A DNA stretch of 64,000 bases from an uncultured Methylomirabilota bacterium (lineage in GTDB: Bacteria; Methylomirabilota; Methylomirabilia; Methylomirabilales; 2-02-FULL-66-22): assembly GCA_963705305.1 (NCBI GenBank), contig OY970067.1, positions 4,928,001-4,992,000 on the forward strand. Direction: 5' to 3'. The notes beneath the pieces were generated by a model. That model had not been told where the DNA came from and made no database searches. It worked only from the letters and a program-made list of their open reading frames with translations. Positions 29,704 through 38,576 of this stretch are shown here, one piece after another. The translations under genes and the position numbers were made by a program. Positions within the stretch are counted from its first letter, which is position 1. Each line of letters begins with the position of its first letter.

Positions 29704-29765
29704 GGGCGGAGTGACCCCCGACGGTTCCCGGCACCCTCAGGGCGAGACCGGCTCTCCCCGTTGCT

Positions 29766-30061
29766 CTGGCAGGTTGCTGAAAAGCTCTTTTCGCTGAGGC
29801 TGCTCAAAAAGGCCCAGATGTCCCTCGACTTCGCTCGGGACCGTGAGCGGTTCGACTGTGCTCACCGCCCTGAGCTTGTCGAAGGGCCTGTCGAACGGCA
29901 AGGCGGCCTCACCCATCCAGCGGGATGGGTACCCGGGGCGGGGCACCCGCCACAGGCGGGTCAAGGCGTACTTCCACTACGCCGCAGCGAGTGCCCGAGC
30001 GCGGGGGTACCCATCCGGAGGATGGGTCTCCGCAGATGGGCCTTTTTCAGCAGCCTGCCAG
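29766..30061. repeat. TIR-bounded, hairpin-rich repeat element (long form)
   Basis: 18-bp TIRs 17/18 matched (CTGGCAGGTTGCTGAAAA / TTTTCAGCAGCCTGCCAG); core closely matches 43701-43948. Confidence 0.85.
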
Positions 30062-30835
30062 GAACTCGTCCACCACCCGCCGGGTCTGCTCCAGCGTTTC
30101 CCGGGTGTGCAGCTCCAGCACCCAGAAGTCGCAGCCGGCGGCGACCAGGCCGTCAAGGGCTTCGCGGATGTCCGCCAGGCCCTGGGGGGCAAAGTGGACG
30201 TCGTGTCGCTCCACGAGATACACGTGGCTGGACAAGATGGGCGTGGGAATGCTCCGCAGGAACTCGATGGCCGTCCCCCGCCCCTCCCGCACCCAGGCAC
30301 TTCCCTGGGCGTGACCGAGATCGAAGGTCACCGGCGCCCCCGTGGCCTTGAGCAGCCGGCCGAATGTCTCGGGATCGCTGGTCGGCCCGCCCCGCAAATT
30401 CTCCAGGGTGATGCGGGTGCCCCGCCGTGCGGCATGCTCCGACAGGCGCCCGACATTCTTGAGCAGGGTCTCCCAGGACAGCTCCTCCGGCTCCGGTGCG
30501 AAGGAGCCGACGTGAAGGTTCAAATGATGGACGCCCAGCTCCGCGGCGGCGTCAACGTACGCTTCGAGGACACGGGAGGCCGCCGCCGCGTGATCCGGGT
30601 CCCGGTGGCCGATCTCCAGGTCGGTGTAGGGGGCATGCGCCGAGGAGAGCGGGCTGGCCGTTCGCAGCTCTTCCAGCCGTCGCTCGCGCCGCTTCCGCGG
30701 AACCATCAGCCGCCAGCCGTCCCAGGCCCACTCCACCCCGTCGTAGGCATGCGAGACGGCATATTCCTGAATGGCGCGCAGATCCTTCCCGAACGGGGTC
30801 TGGCAAAACAAGAGATGTGGACGCATGTTCCCCAT
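30047..30835 (-). CDS. Sugar phosphate isomerase/epimerase-family TIM-barrel protein
   Basis: HAPYTDL, NLHVG, TLENL, TFDLGHA, VLEL; stop codon lies in the repeat end. Confidence 0.8.
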   Translation of the reverse strand: MGNMRPHLLFCQTPFGKDLRAIQEYAVSHAYDGVEWAWDGWRLMVPRKRRERRLEELRTASPLSSAHAPYTDLEIGHRDPDHAAAASRVLEAYVDAAAELGVHHLNLHVGSFAPEPEELSWETLLKNVGRLSEHAARRGTRITLENLRGGPTSDPETFGRLLKATGAPVTFDLGHAQGSAWVREGRGTAIEFLRSIPTPILSSHVYLVERHDVHFAPQGLADIREALDGLVAAGCDFWVLELHTRETLEQTRRVVDEFLAGC

Positions 30836-30849
30836 TTCCCCCCCCATGA

Positions 30850-31695
30850 TCACGGCGCCAGGAGGCTGGCGACCACCTCCGAGAGGGGGGGTTGCTGCCC
30901 GGCATCCTTGTAGCCGGCAAGGCGCCGGTACGCCTCCGCCGCCGCCCGCGAGAACCCGTCCGGCAGTCCTGCCGCGGCGAAAGTGTCCGCGCTCTCCTCC
31001 ATCTCGCCCACGAATCGCCAGGCCTTCCGCACGCTCCCGCGCAGGGCGGCTTCGACCCGCGCCGGAAGATCGGGCAGCGACCGTGCCCATTCCTGGAGCA
31101 AGGGTTCGTCCACCCCCTCCTTGACGGCCAGCGCACGGACTGTCAGGAGCAGGGCCGCCGCGCCCTTCGTGTAGGCTGCATAGGCCACCTTCAGGGTCGA
31201 CGCCGCTCCGACTGGACCGTCCAGGACGATCGTCTCCATGGGCCCGGACCCGAAGATGGCGGCGACGCGGCGGGCCTCCGTTCCCGAGAGATAGAGCCGG
31301 GTCGTGCCGGCTGCCTTCGGAGGCGGACCCACGATGCCCCCGTCCACACACCGGGCTCCCACCGATTCCAGTAGGGCTCCGATCGCGCGCGCCGTCGCGG
31401 GCGAGACGGCGTTGGCGTCCAGATACATCCCCGCAAACCCCAGGGCGGCGACCTTGCCGGCGAGGCCGAGCGCCGCCTGCGGCGGACAGACCGAAACGAT
31501 CACCTCGCTCTCCCGGACAATCACCGGAAGCGTGCCGGCGTCGACCAGACCGGCCGCTTCGGCACGGGCGCGGCTCTCGCGGCTCCGCCCCTCTGAGCAC
31601 CAGGACACCTTCGCACCGCCGCTCCGAAGAGCGACCCCTATGATGCTCCCCATTTCTCCCGGGTGCAGCAGACCGACCGCGATCTGACTCATCAT
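30850..31695 (-). CDS. NAD(P)-dependent oxidoreductase (6PGD/HIBADH-like, DUF1932 type)
   Basis: LLHPGEMG, DANAVSP, DGGIVGPP, KAWRFVGEMEE. Confidence 0.88.
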   Translation of the reverse strand: MMSQIAVGLLHPGEMGSIIGVALRSGGAKVSWCSEGRSRESRARAEAAGLVDAGTLPVIVRESEVIVSVCPPQAALGLAGKVAALGFAGMYLDANAVSPATARAIGALLESVGARCVDGGIVGPPPKAAGTTRLYLSGTEARRVAAIFGSGPMETIVLDGPVGAASTLKVAYAAYTKGAAALLLTVRALAVKEGVDEPLLQEWARSLPDLPARVEAALRGSVRKAWRFVGEMEESADTFAAAGLPDGFSRAAAEAYRRLAGYKDAGQQPPLSEVVASLLAP

Positions 31696-31856
31696 TCCCC
31701 TCCGCGTCACGTCCAGGCAATCCTCCGATATCCCCCGCTCGAACCGCATCATAGCGGATGAAGCCCCGGTTGTCGCTCGGAAGTCCTGCCCCCAGAGGAG
31801 CCGGCCCGCCGGACTTCCACATAGCCGGAGCCTGGGGATCCACAGCGACGAACCCC

Positions 31857-31930
31857 CTGACATGATGCTGAAATACCTGCTTTCACCCCGGCTGCTCAAG
31901 CTGTAGATGGGCCTTTTTCAGCAGCCTGCG
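31857..31930. repeat. Minimal, internally deleted member of the GCTGCTGAAAAA repeat family
   Basis: ATGCTGAAA..GGCTGCTCAA..AGATGGGCCTTTTTCAGCAGCCTGC, collinear with the ends of the long copies. Confidence 0.7.
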
Positions 31931-31937
31931 ATCCAGC

Positions 31938-33008
31938 CTACACCTCGATCACAACTTTGCCGATGCTCTCGCCGCTCTGAAGATACCGGAGAGCCGTCGG
32001 TGCGTCTCCGAAGGCGAAGCGCCGGCCGATGAATGGAGGCCTTCGCAGGAGGGGGAGGAACCGCTCGACGGCGTCGAGCAATCGGTCCGCACGGTCCCAC
32101 AGCCAGATCAGGTTGAAGGCCATCACGCTCTTGTTGTCGGCAATCATCCGCAGCGGGTCCAGCCGAGGCCGGCGAAGATATCGGAACACCAGACGGGCAT
32201 AATCCGGCCGGGCTCGTCTCGACATCAAGTCGGCCGCGCCGTACAGGACGTACCGCCCCTCGGGCCGCAGCCGCTCGTACCCGGGCTGAAAGAACGGGCC
32301 GCCCACGGCGTCGAGCACCAGATCGAGCCCGCTCAATCCCAGGGCCGCCAACGCTCGATCGAGCTGCAGCCCGAAATCGCGGCGATCGCGTACGATCACC
32401 CCGTCCGGCGGCAGCCCGCACGGCCCCACCAGGAAATCCCGCTTGGCAGGCCGCCCGACCGTGGCTATCACGCGCGCCCCGGCCGTCCGGAGGATCTCAA
32501 GCGCGTTGAGGCCCACGCCGCCCGCGGCCGAGTGAACGAGGACACCATCGCCGGCCTCCAGGGCCCCCAGCTCCATGAGAGCGTACCAGGCCGTGAGACC
32601 CTGCACCAGACAGGCCGCACCCTCCGCGTAGCTCCACTCCGGCGGCAGCGGCCGGAGGTAGCGCACGTCCACGTTGACCGCCGTCGCATATCCGCCGAAG
32701 CGTATGAGTCCCATGACCCGGTCGCCAGGACGCAGCGGCGGCGGCGCCCCGCCGCCCGATCCCGGGACCGTGACGGCGGGGTCCACCGCCTCCACCGTGC
32801 CCGCGATCTCCAGGCCGGGGATGAAGGACCCCTTCGGGGTGGCGGAATAGAGGCTCAGGCAGGCAAAGACGTCGGCGAAGTTCAGGCCGACGGCCTTGAC
32901 CGCCACCCGCACCTCGCCCGGCCCGGGTACGGCGATCTCATCGCTCTCGCGCTGCAGCCGGTCGAGCGACCCGGCCCGCCGCACGCGCCAGACCTCGCGA
33001 GTCAGCAT
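31938..33008 (-). CDS. MDR-family NADPH:quinone oxidoreductase / VAT-1-like protein
   Basis: GLNFAD, PGLE, HSAAGGVG, FNLIWL, SIGKVV. Confidence 0.88.
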   Translation of the reverse strand: MLTREVWRVRRAGSLDRLQRESDEIAVPGPGEVRVAVKAVGLNFADVFACLSLYSATPKGSFIPGLEIAGTVEAVDPAVTVPGSGGGAPPPLRPGDRVMGLIRFGGYATAVNVDVRYLRPLPPEWSYAEGAACLVQGLTAWYALMELGALEAGDGVLVHSAAGGVGLNALEILRTAGARVIATVGRPAKRDFLVGPCGLPPDGVIVRDRRDFGLQLDRALAALGLSGLDLVLDAVGGPFFQPGYERLRPEGRYVLYGAADLMSRRARPDYARLVFRYLRRPRLDPLRMIADNKSVMAFNLIWLWDRADRLLDAVERFLPLLRRPPFIGRRFAFGDAPTALRYLQSGESIGKVVIEV

Positions 33009-33087
33009 TGGGACGGCCTCTTTTGCCAACGAGGAGCGGCTGGGGAGGTTCAAGCGGCCGCGCCCGGCCTGCGGGATCGACCCTATC

Positions 33088-33789
33088 CTACAGTCGCTTC
33101 AGGCAGCGGGCGATACCGGAGGCGATGGCCGCCGCCGTCCTCTCCCGCCAGCCCGGCTGCTCCACGGCCAGCTCTTCCTGCCGGTTGATGATCACCCCGG
33201 CTTCCAGGAGGACGGCCGGCTCGGTGGCCCGCTTCAGGACGACCAGGTTGTCGAAGTAGTGGACGCCGTTCTTGGCGTCGGCGAACGGCCGGTCCTCTCC
33301 CGGGATCGGCTCTGCGTGGTAGCGGGACGGGGTGCGGCCCGCCGCCCGGAGCGCTTCTCCCATGGCCGAGGCGCAGGCCAGGCTTTGAGCCACATCGGGA
33401 TTGGCTCGCGAGACGAACAGCGAGAAGCCCGCAAAGCGGTCGGAGTACGGGCGGGGCGTCCCGGCGACATCCCAGGTGGCGAGGTACCGGGGCTGGACGG
33501 AGTCGTGGTGGATGGAGAGGAAGAAGTCCGTCCCCGCGGCGGCGGCAGGGCGGGATATGAGATCCGCCACATCCCCCCGCTCGTTGATGAGCCGCACCTC
33601 AATGCCGCGGCCCTCCAGCGCGGCCTTCACCGCCCGCGCCAGGTCCCGGTTGAACTCGAACTCCGGCCGCCCCCGGGCGCTCTCGGCCCCCGGATGGATG
33701 TAGGAGTGCCCCACGTCCACCGCCACGATGGGCGCCCGCCCGGGCGTCGGATGCGCACACGCCCCCAGGAGTCCCAACGCCAGGGTCAC
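33088..33789 (-). CDS. N-acetylmuramoyl-L-alanine amidase (Amidase_3), probable lipoprotein; start uncertain
   Basis: VDVGH, E.EFN, SIHHD, LLEAG motifs; LGAC lipobox. Confidence 0.8.
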   Translation of the reverse strand: MTLALGLLGACAHPTPGRAPIVAVDVGHSYIHPGAESARGRPEFEFNRDLARAVKAALEGRGIEVRLINERGDVADLISRPAAAAGTDFFLSIHHDSVQPRYLATWDVAGTPRPYSDRFAGFSLFVSRANPDVAQSLACASAMGEALRAAGRTPSRYHAEPIPGEDRPFADAKNGVHYFDNLVVLKRATEPAVLLEAGVIINRQEELAVEQPGWRERTAAAIASGIARCLKRL

Positions 33790-33838
33790 GGCGATACGCC
33801 GTTCCCTGCCGGCCAGCGGGGCGGCTGGACACCTCCCC

Positions 33839-34276
33839 CTACTGGCCGACCAGGCGGTAGAAGTAATCGCCCTCCGCCGCGCGGACATGGAACCAGCCCA
33901 CATCCGAGCCCCCCTCGGTCAAATACACGGTGGCGACATCGGCCCGGCGGACCGGGGAGTTCAGGAAGAGCGCGGAAAATGCGGCGGCGGCCTTTTTCAC
34001 GAGGCTATCCCGCCCAGCCGCGCTCAGGCCGTCCCAAGCTTTGGAATTGACTGTGAGATTCCCGAAGGGTTCCGTGGACGGACGCTTCGTCCCCGTCGAC
34101 CGGAAGGGTCCGAAGACTGACGCCAGTTCCGGGTCCTTGGCAACGGCATCGTTGAACTGCTGGGTGAAGGCTTTGAGGTTGGCGCGGGGGATGTTCTTCA
34201 CCTCCGCCCCGTCATTGGACGTCGCACAGGAAGTCAGGCAGACAACAGAAAGCGCCAGCAGACTAAGAAAACGCAT
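33839..34276 (-). CDS. Hypothetical lipoprotein
   Basis: GGAGGT RBS; MRFLSLLALSVVCLTSC lipobox. Confidence 0.7.
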   Translation of the reverse strand: MRFLSLLALSVVCLTSCATSNDGAEVKNIPRANLKAFTQQFNDAVAKDPELASVFGPFRSTGTKRPSTEPFGNLTVNSKAWDGLSAAGRDSLVKKAAAAFSALFLNSPVRRADVATVYLTEGGSDVGWFHVRAAEGDYFYRLVGQ

Positions 34277-34495
34277 CACGACCTCCATGGCTCGAGCGCA
34301 CGAAGCGTTCACCCCTGACCGCTGCTTTCCGAGGGGGAGGTAATCCTATGCCGAAGATGTCTCACCGCCAAGATGTAAAAATTTGGACGGCGGGAATGGG
34401 CAAAATACCAGAGGTCTGGAACCGCGTCGCATCCCCTGGTGGGGCGTTCCCATGTCTTGAATCACAGCCGCGGGGCGCCCTGAAAACTGTAAAGC

Positions 34496-34516
34496 CTTGG
34501 CGTCATGGCGGTTCAA
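34496..34516. repeat. Short dispersed repeat CTTGGCGTCATGGCGGTTCAA
   Basis: 21-bp exact match with 55801-55821. Confidence 0.65.
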
Positions 34517-34994
34517 CAGCTCTTTCGGATCAGGGGCAACTCGCAGGAACACGCGCGGCCAGCGACCCATTGGATCCGGCAGCAACTGGTGCGGGCGAGT
34601 CCTCCCACCAGCCGGGAAGCTTGGAAGCAGAGCCTATGCCTCACGGTCCCCGGTGTCAAGCGGGCCGAGGGCCGGGCCGGATGTTGCTGCGCATGATCTC
34701 AGGAGCATCCAGGCCAAGGGGCGGGAAGCGAAACCGGGCTTGATTGCCACGCCTTACGGTAACAGGAATGCCGTGCATCCATGGCGGCGCGGGAGGGCTT
34801 GGATGATTGTGCGGCAGAACAACCTTGGACCCGGGGGAATGTCGGGATTGACCCGAATGCGAGGGAAATGCTATGAGATTATGGCTTTCCTCGTCTCCGC
34901 ACGGCTCATCACCAAGGCGAGAATCGGCCGAGGCAGTGGACAGGCGGAAGAACGGGCCGCCGGCGGTCCACACCCTTCATTTCCCGGGGGGACA

Positions 34995-35855
34995 GTGTTT
35001 CTACAGCAGGTGATGAACGGCCTCGTTCTGGGCGGGGCCTACGCGCTCATCTCGGTGGGGATGACCATGATCTTCGGGATCATGAACATCTCCAATTTCG
35101 CCCATGGAACGATCTACATGCTGGGGGGCTACTGCATCTATTTCTTCAGCACCGCCCTCGGCCAGCCCTTCTTCCTGGCGGTGGCCCTCTCGATGTTCGT
35201 GGTCGGGCTGGCCGGCATCGCCATGGAGCGGATCGTCTTCCGGCCCGTCTACGGCGGGCCCGTTCTGAACGACCTGCTGATCGCGCTGGGGCTGTCCTTC
35301 TTCCTGGAGAACGGCGCCCTGCTCCTCTGGGGCTCTGAGACCCGGGGCGTCCGGACCCCGTATACGGACGTCGTCCTCCATTTCCTCTCGATCTCGGTGA
35401 CCCTGCAGCGGCTCATCGTCCTGGTGGCCAGCATGGTCCTGATCGCCGCCCTGTACGCCTTCCTCAACCACACGCGATTCGGGAAGGCGATCGTCGCAAC
35501 CTCGCAGAACCCCAAGGGGGCCGCCCTGGTCGGGATCGATCTCGACCGGGTGTACATGGTCACCTTCGCCATCAGCTCCGGCCTGGCGGCCGCCGCGGGT
35601 GCGCTGCTCGCGCCGCTCTTCTACGTGTTTCCCACTATGGGCAGCATGCCGCTCCTGAAGGCGTTCGTCGTGGTGGTACTGGGCGGGATGGGAAACGTCC
35701 AGGGCGCCGTGGTGGGGGGCTTCCTGGTGGGGATCGCGGAAAGCCTGGGCGGCGCCTACATCTCGTCGGATTACAAGAACGTCTTCTCCTTGATCATCCT
35801 GATCGCCGTGCTCCTGATCCGGCCCCAGGGCCTCTTCGGAAGGAGCGAGACATAG
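34995..35855 (+). CDS. livH: Branched-chain amino acid-type ABC permease (LivH-like)
   Basis: NGLVLG..YAL, NFAHG, VVLGGMG, RPQGLFG. Confidence 0.88.
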   Translation: MFLQQVMNGLVLGGAYALISVGMTMIFGIMNISNFAHGTIYMLGGYCIYFFSTALGQPFFLAVALSMFVVGLAGIAMERIVFRPVYGGPVLNDLLIALGLSFFLENGALLLWGSETRGVRTPYTDVVLHFLSISVTLQRLIVLVASMVLIAALYAFLNHTRFGKAIVATSQNPKGAALVGIDLDRVYMVTFAISSGLAAAAGALLAPLFYVFPTMGSMPLLKAFVVVVLGGMGNVQGAVVGGFLVGIAESLGGAYISSDYKNVFSLIILIAVLLIRPQGLFGRSET

Positions 35856-36835
35856 TGGAGAACCGGCTCGCCGCCCTCCTCGGGCTCGTGCTTCTCGGTC
35901 TCGCCCTCGCCTTTCCGGTCCTGGTGACGGATTCCTACTACCAGCATATCATGAACGTCATCTTCCTGTTCGCCATCAGCATCTACGGCTTCAACATCAT
36001 CACCGGCATCGCCGGCCAATTCAACATCGCCCACGCCGGCTTCATCGGGATCGGCGCCTATGCCTCCGCCCTGCTGACGGCCCGGCTTCCGCTGTCGTTC
36101 TGGGAAGCCATGCCGCTGTCCATCCTCGTCACGGCGGTCTTCGGATTCCTCATCGGATATCCGTCCCTCCGCCTCCGGGGGGTCTACTTCGCGCTGACCA
36201 CGCTGGCCTTCGGAGAGATCCTCTCTCTGGTGTTCGAGAACTGGATCTCGGTCACCGGCGGCCCCATGGGCATCACCAAGATTCCGCCACCAACGCCTCT
36301 CCGCCTTCCCGGCGGAGTGCACCTCGCCTTCGACGACAAGTCCGGCTTCTACTACCTCTGCCTGATCTCTCTCCTCGTCGCCATGTACGTCAATCGCCAG
36401 CTCCTGCGATCACGTCTGGGAAGGGCCATGCTGGCCGTCCGGGAGAACGAGGACCTAGCGCAGTCGGTGGGCGTCCCCATCGCCCGGACCAAGATGATTG
36501 CGTTCGTCCTGGCGACCATGTTCCTCGGCCTCACGGGAAGCCTGTACGCCCACTACTTCCGCTTCATCAGCCCGGTGAGCTTTTCGGCCGGAGAGACCTT
36601 CCGCCACGTCACCATGCTCATCGTCGGAGGAAAGGGGACGCTGCTCGGGCCGCTGGTGGGCGCGGCCATCTTCACGGCCCTCCCCGAAGTCCTCCGGGGC
36701 ATCGAAGATTACCAGTGGATCGCGTATGGGGTGATCCTCATGCTGTGTGTCGTCTTCCTGCCCAAGGGGATCGCGGGCTGGCTCCGGGACGTCCGGGGTC
36801 GCCGGGGCAATGGCGCGGCCGCGGAGGATCGGTGA
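35855..36835 (+). CDS. livM: Branched-chain amino acid-type ABC permease (LivM-like)
   Basis: LRLRGVYFALTTLAF, GRAMLAVRENE, PKGI. Confidence 0.88.
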   Translation: MENRLAALLGLVLLGLALAFPVLVTDSYYQHIMNVIFLFAISIYGFNIITGIAGQFNIAHAGFIGIGAYASALLTARLPLSFWEAMPLSILVTAVFGFLIGYPSLRLRGVYFALTTLAFGEILSLVFENWISVTGGPMGITKIPPPTPLRLPGGVHLAFDDKSGFYYLCLISLLVAMYVNRQLLRSRLGRAMLAVRENEDLAQSVGVPIARTKMIAFVLATMFLGLTGSLYAHYFRFISPVSFSAGETFRHVTMLIVGGKGTLLGPLVGAAIFTALPEVLRGIEDYQWIAYGVILMLCVVFLPKGIAGWLRDVRGRRGNGAAAEDR

Positions 36836-37671
36836 GTCTCCTCCTGTGCGAGGCCCTGCAGCGGGACTTCGGCGGCCTGGCGGCGGTCAACCGGGTGAGC
36901 CTCGGGGTGACCGAGGGGGAGATCGTCGGCCTCATCGGCCCGAACGGCGCGGGGAAGACCACGCTCTTCAACCTGATCACCGGCTTCCTCCGCCCGACCT
37001 CCGGCCGGATTGTCTATGCGGGAAAGGACATCACCGGGCTCGAGCCCCACGTGATCGGGGGCCTGGGTCTCGTGCGGACGTTCCAGAAGATCAACGTGTT
37101 CGGGGAGCTGAGCGTCCTGGAGAACGTCCTGATCGGCCGGCACCTGCATGCCCGGGCCGGATTTCTACGGGCGCTCCTCCAGAGCCGGGCCTACCGCCGC
37201 GAGGAGCGCGCGTCCCGGGAGAAGGCCCTGGGCATCCTCGACTTTGTGGGCCTGGCGGGCTGGGAGGATCAGCAGGCCGGGAATTTGCCTTTCGGCCTCC
37301 AGCGCGCGCTCGGCATCGCGACGGCCCTGGCGGCCGGGCCCAGGCTGCTCCTCCTGGACGAGCCCGCCTCGGGGATGCATACGGAAGAGAAGCGGGCGAT
37401 CGTCGAGGTCATCCGCCGGATCCACCGGGCGGGCACGACCCTGCTCCTGGTCGAGCACGATACGAACGTCGTGATGAGCCTCTGCAGCCGCATCGTCGTC
37501 CTGAATTCGGGGAGCGTCCTCATGGAGGGGACCTCCACAGATGTCCAGCACGACCCCAGGGTCATCGAGGTGTATCTCTACCCGCTACACAAAGGTGTTG
37601 AAGATTCGCTTGTCAATAGGCGCGATTCCTCTGTGGTTACAGCGCATTCCGTCCTTTTCGGATTGAGCTGA
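36832..37671 (+). CDS. livG: ABC ATP-binding protein (LivG-like) with C-terminus replaced by MITE sequence
   Basis: GPNGAGKT, RTFQ, LLDEP, VEHD, DPRVIEVYL, then 30 MITE-derived residues; ancestral stop at 37822-37824. Confidence 0.88.
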   Translation: MSLLLCEALQRDFGGLAAVNRVSLGVTEGEIVGLIGPNGAGKTTLFNLITGFLRPTSGRIVYAGKDITGLEPHVIGGLGLVRTFQKINVFGELSVLENVLIGRHLHARAGFLRALLQSRAYRREERASREKALGILDFVGLAGWEDQQAGNLPFGLQRALGIATALAAGPRLLLLDEPASGMHTEEKRAIVEVIRRIHRAGTTLLLVEHDTNVVMSLCSRIVVLNSGSVLMEGTSTDVQHDPRVIEVYLYPLHKGVEDSLVNRRDSSVVTAHSVLFGLS

Positions 37672-37778
37672 CATCGAGGAAGATTTCTTCCCCGACAAGG
37701 CGTTCCGATTCGGTCAACCAATTCATGCCGTTACTAGCGAAACGCCGACCGTTATCAACACCTTTGTGTAACGGCTAG
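37578..37778. mobile_element. 201-bp MITE, copy 2 (9-bp TSD GGTGTATCT)
   Basis: Identical to 24077-24277; TSD at 37569-37577 and 37779-37787. Confidence 0.95.
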
Positions 37779-37804
37779 GGTGTATCTCGGGAAAGGGTAC
37801 CGGC

Positions 37805-38512
37805 GTGCTGCTGGAGCTGAATGACATCGACGCCTACTATGGGCGCGCGCAGGCCCTGCGGGGGGTCTCGCTCCAGGTGGGGCCGGGAGAGGTCGTCGCG
37901 ATCCTGGGCGCCAACGGGGCCGGCAAGTCCACCACGCTCCTGACGATCTCGGGGCTGCTGCGCCCGCGGCAGGGCCGCATCCTGTTCCAGGGAAAGCCGA
38001 TCGGCCGGGAGAAGCCCGGCCGGATTGTCGGGATGGGCATCTCGCACTGCCCGGAGGGGCGGGCGCTCTTTCCCGACATGACCGTGCAGGATAATCTCTC
38101 GCTTGGGGCGTTCCTCCGGCGCGACCGGCCGGGCATCGCCGAGGACCTCGACCGCGTCTATCGGCATTTCCCCCGCCTCCAGGAGCGGAAGGGCCAGCTC
38201 GCCGGCTCGCTCTCCGGGGGAGAGCAGCAGATGCTGGCCATCGGTCGGGCCCTCATGAGCCGGCCGCGACTCCTCCTCCTCGACGAGCCGTCGCTGGGGC
38301 TCTCCCCCATCCTCGTGGAGGAGATGTTTCGCATCATCGAGGGCATCAACCGGGAAGGGACCGCGGTCCTCCTGGTGGAACAGAACGTGGGTGCGGCGCT
38401 GGAGGCCGCGCACCGGGCATACGTGATGGAGACTGGGCGGATCGTCTTCTCGGGCACCAAGGAGGAGCTGCTTCACAACGATCGGGTGCGGCGCGCGTAT
38501 CTCGGAGGCTGA
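37805..38512 (+). CDS. livF: ABC ATP-binding protein (LivF-like)
   Basis: GANGAGKS, PEGR, LSGGEQQM, DEPSLGL, AYLG. Confidence 0.92.
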   Translation: MLLELNDIDAYYGRAQALRGVSLQVGPGEVVAILGANGAGKSTTLLTISGLLRPRQGRILFQGKPIGREKPGRIVGMGISHCPEGRALFPDMTVQDNLSLGAFLRRDRPGIAEDLDRVYRHFPRLQERKGQLAGSLSGGEQQMLAIGRALMSRPRLLLLDEPSLGLSPILVEEMFRIIEGINREGTAVLLVEQNVGAALEAAHRAYVMETGRIVFSGTKEELLHNDRVRRAYLGG

Positions 38513-38576
38513 GGAGCGGTTGGCGAGGGGTCGGAAGGCCAATCCGGCATGGAGGTGAGACATGGGAGGCAGACAC

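Noticed and set aside
29737..29964. ORFs containing PFDRPFDKLR / PELVEG (also 43567-43899)
   Set aside because: They are translations of the repeat element, not protein genes.
33789..33903. Frameshift at the amidase 5' end (GTG at 33832 is out of frame)
   Set aside because: Alternative in-frame starts exist; this cannot be resolved without homologs.
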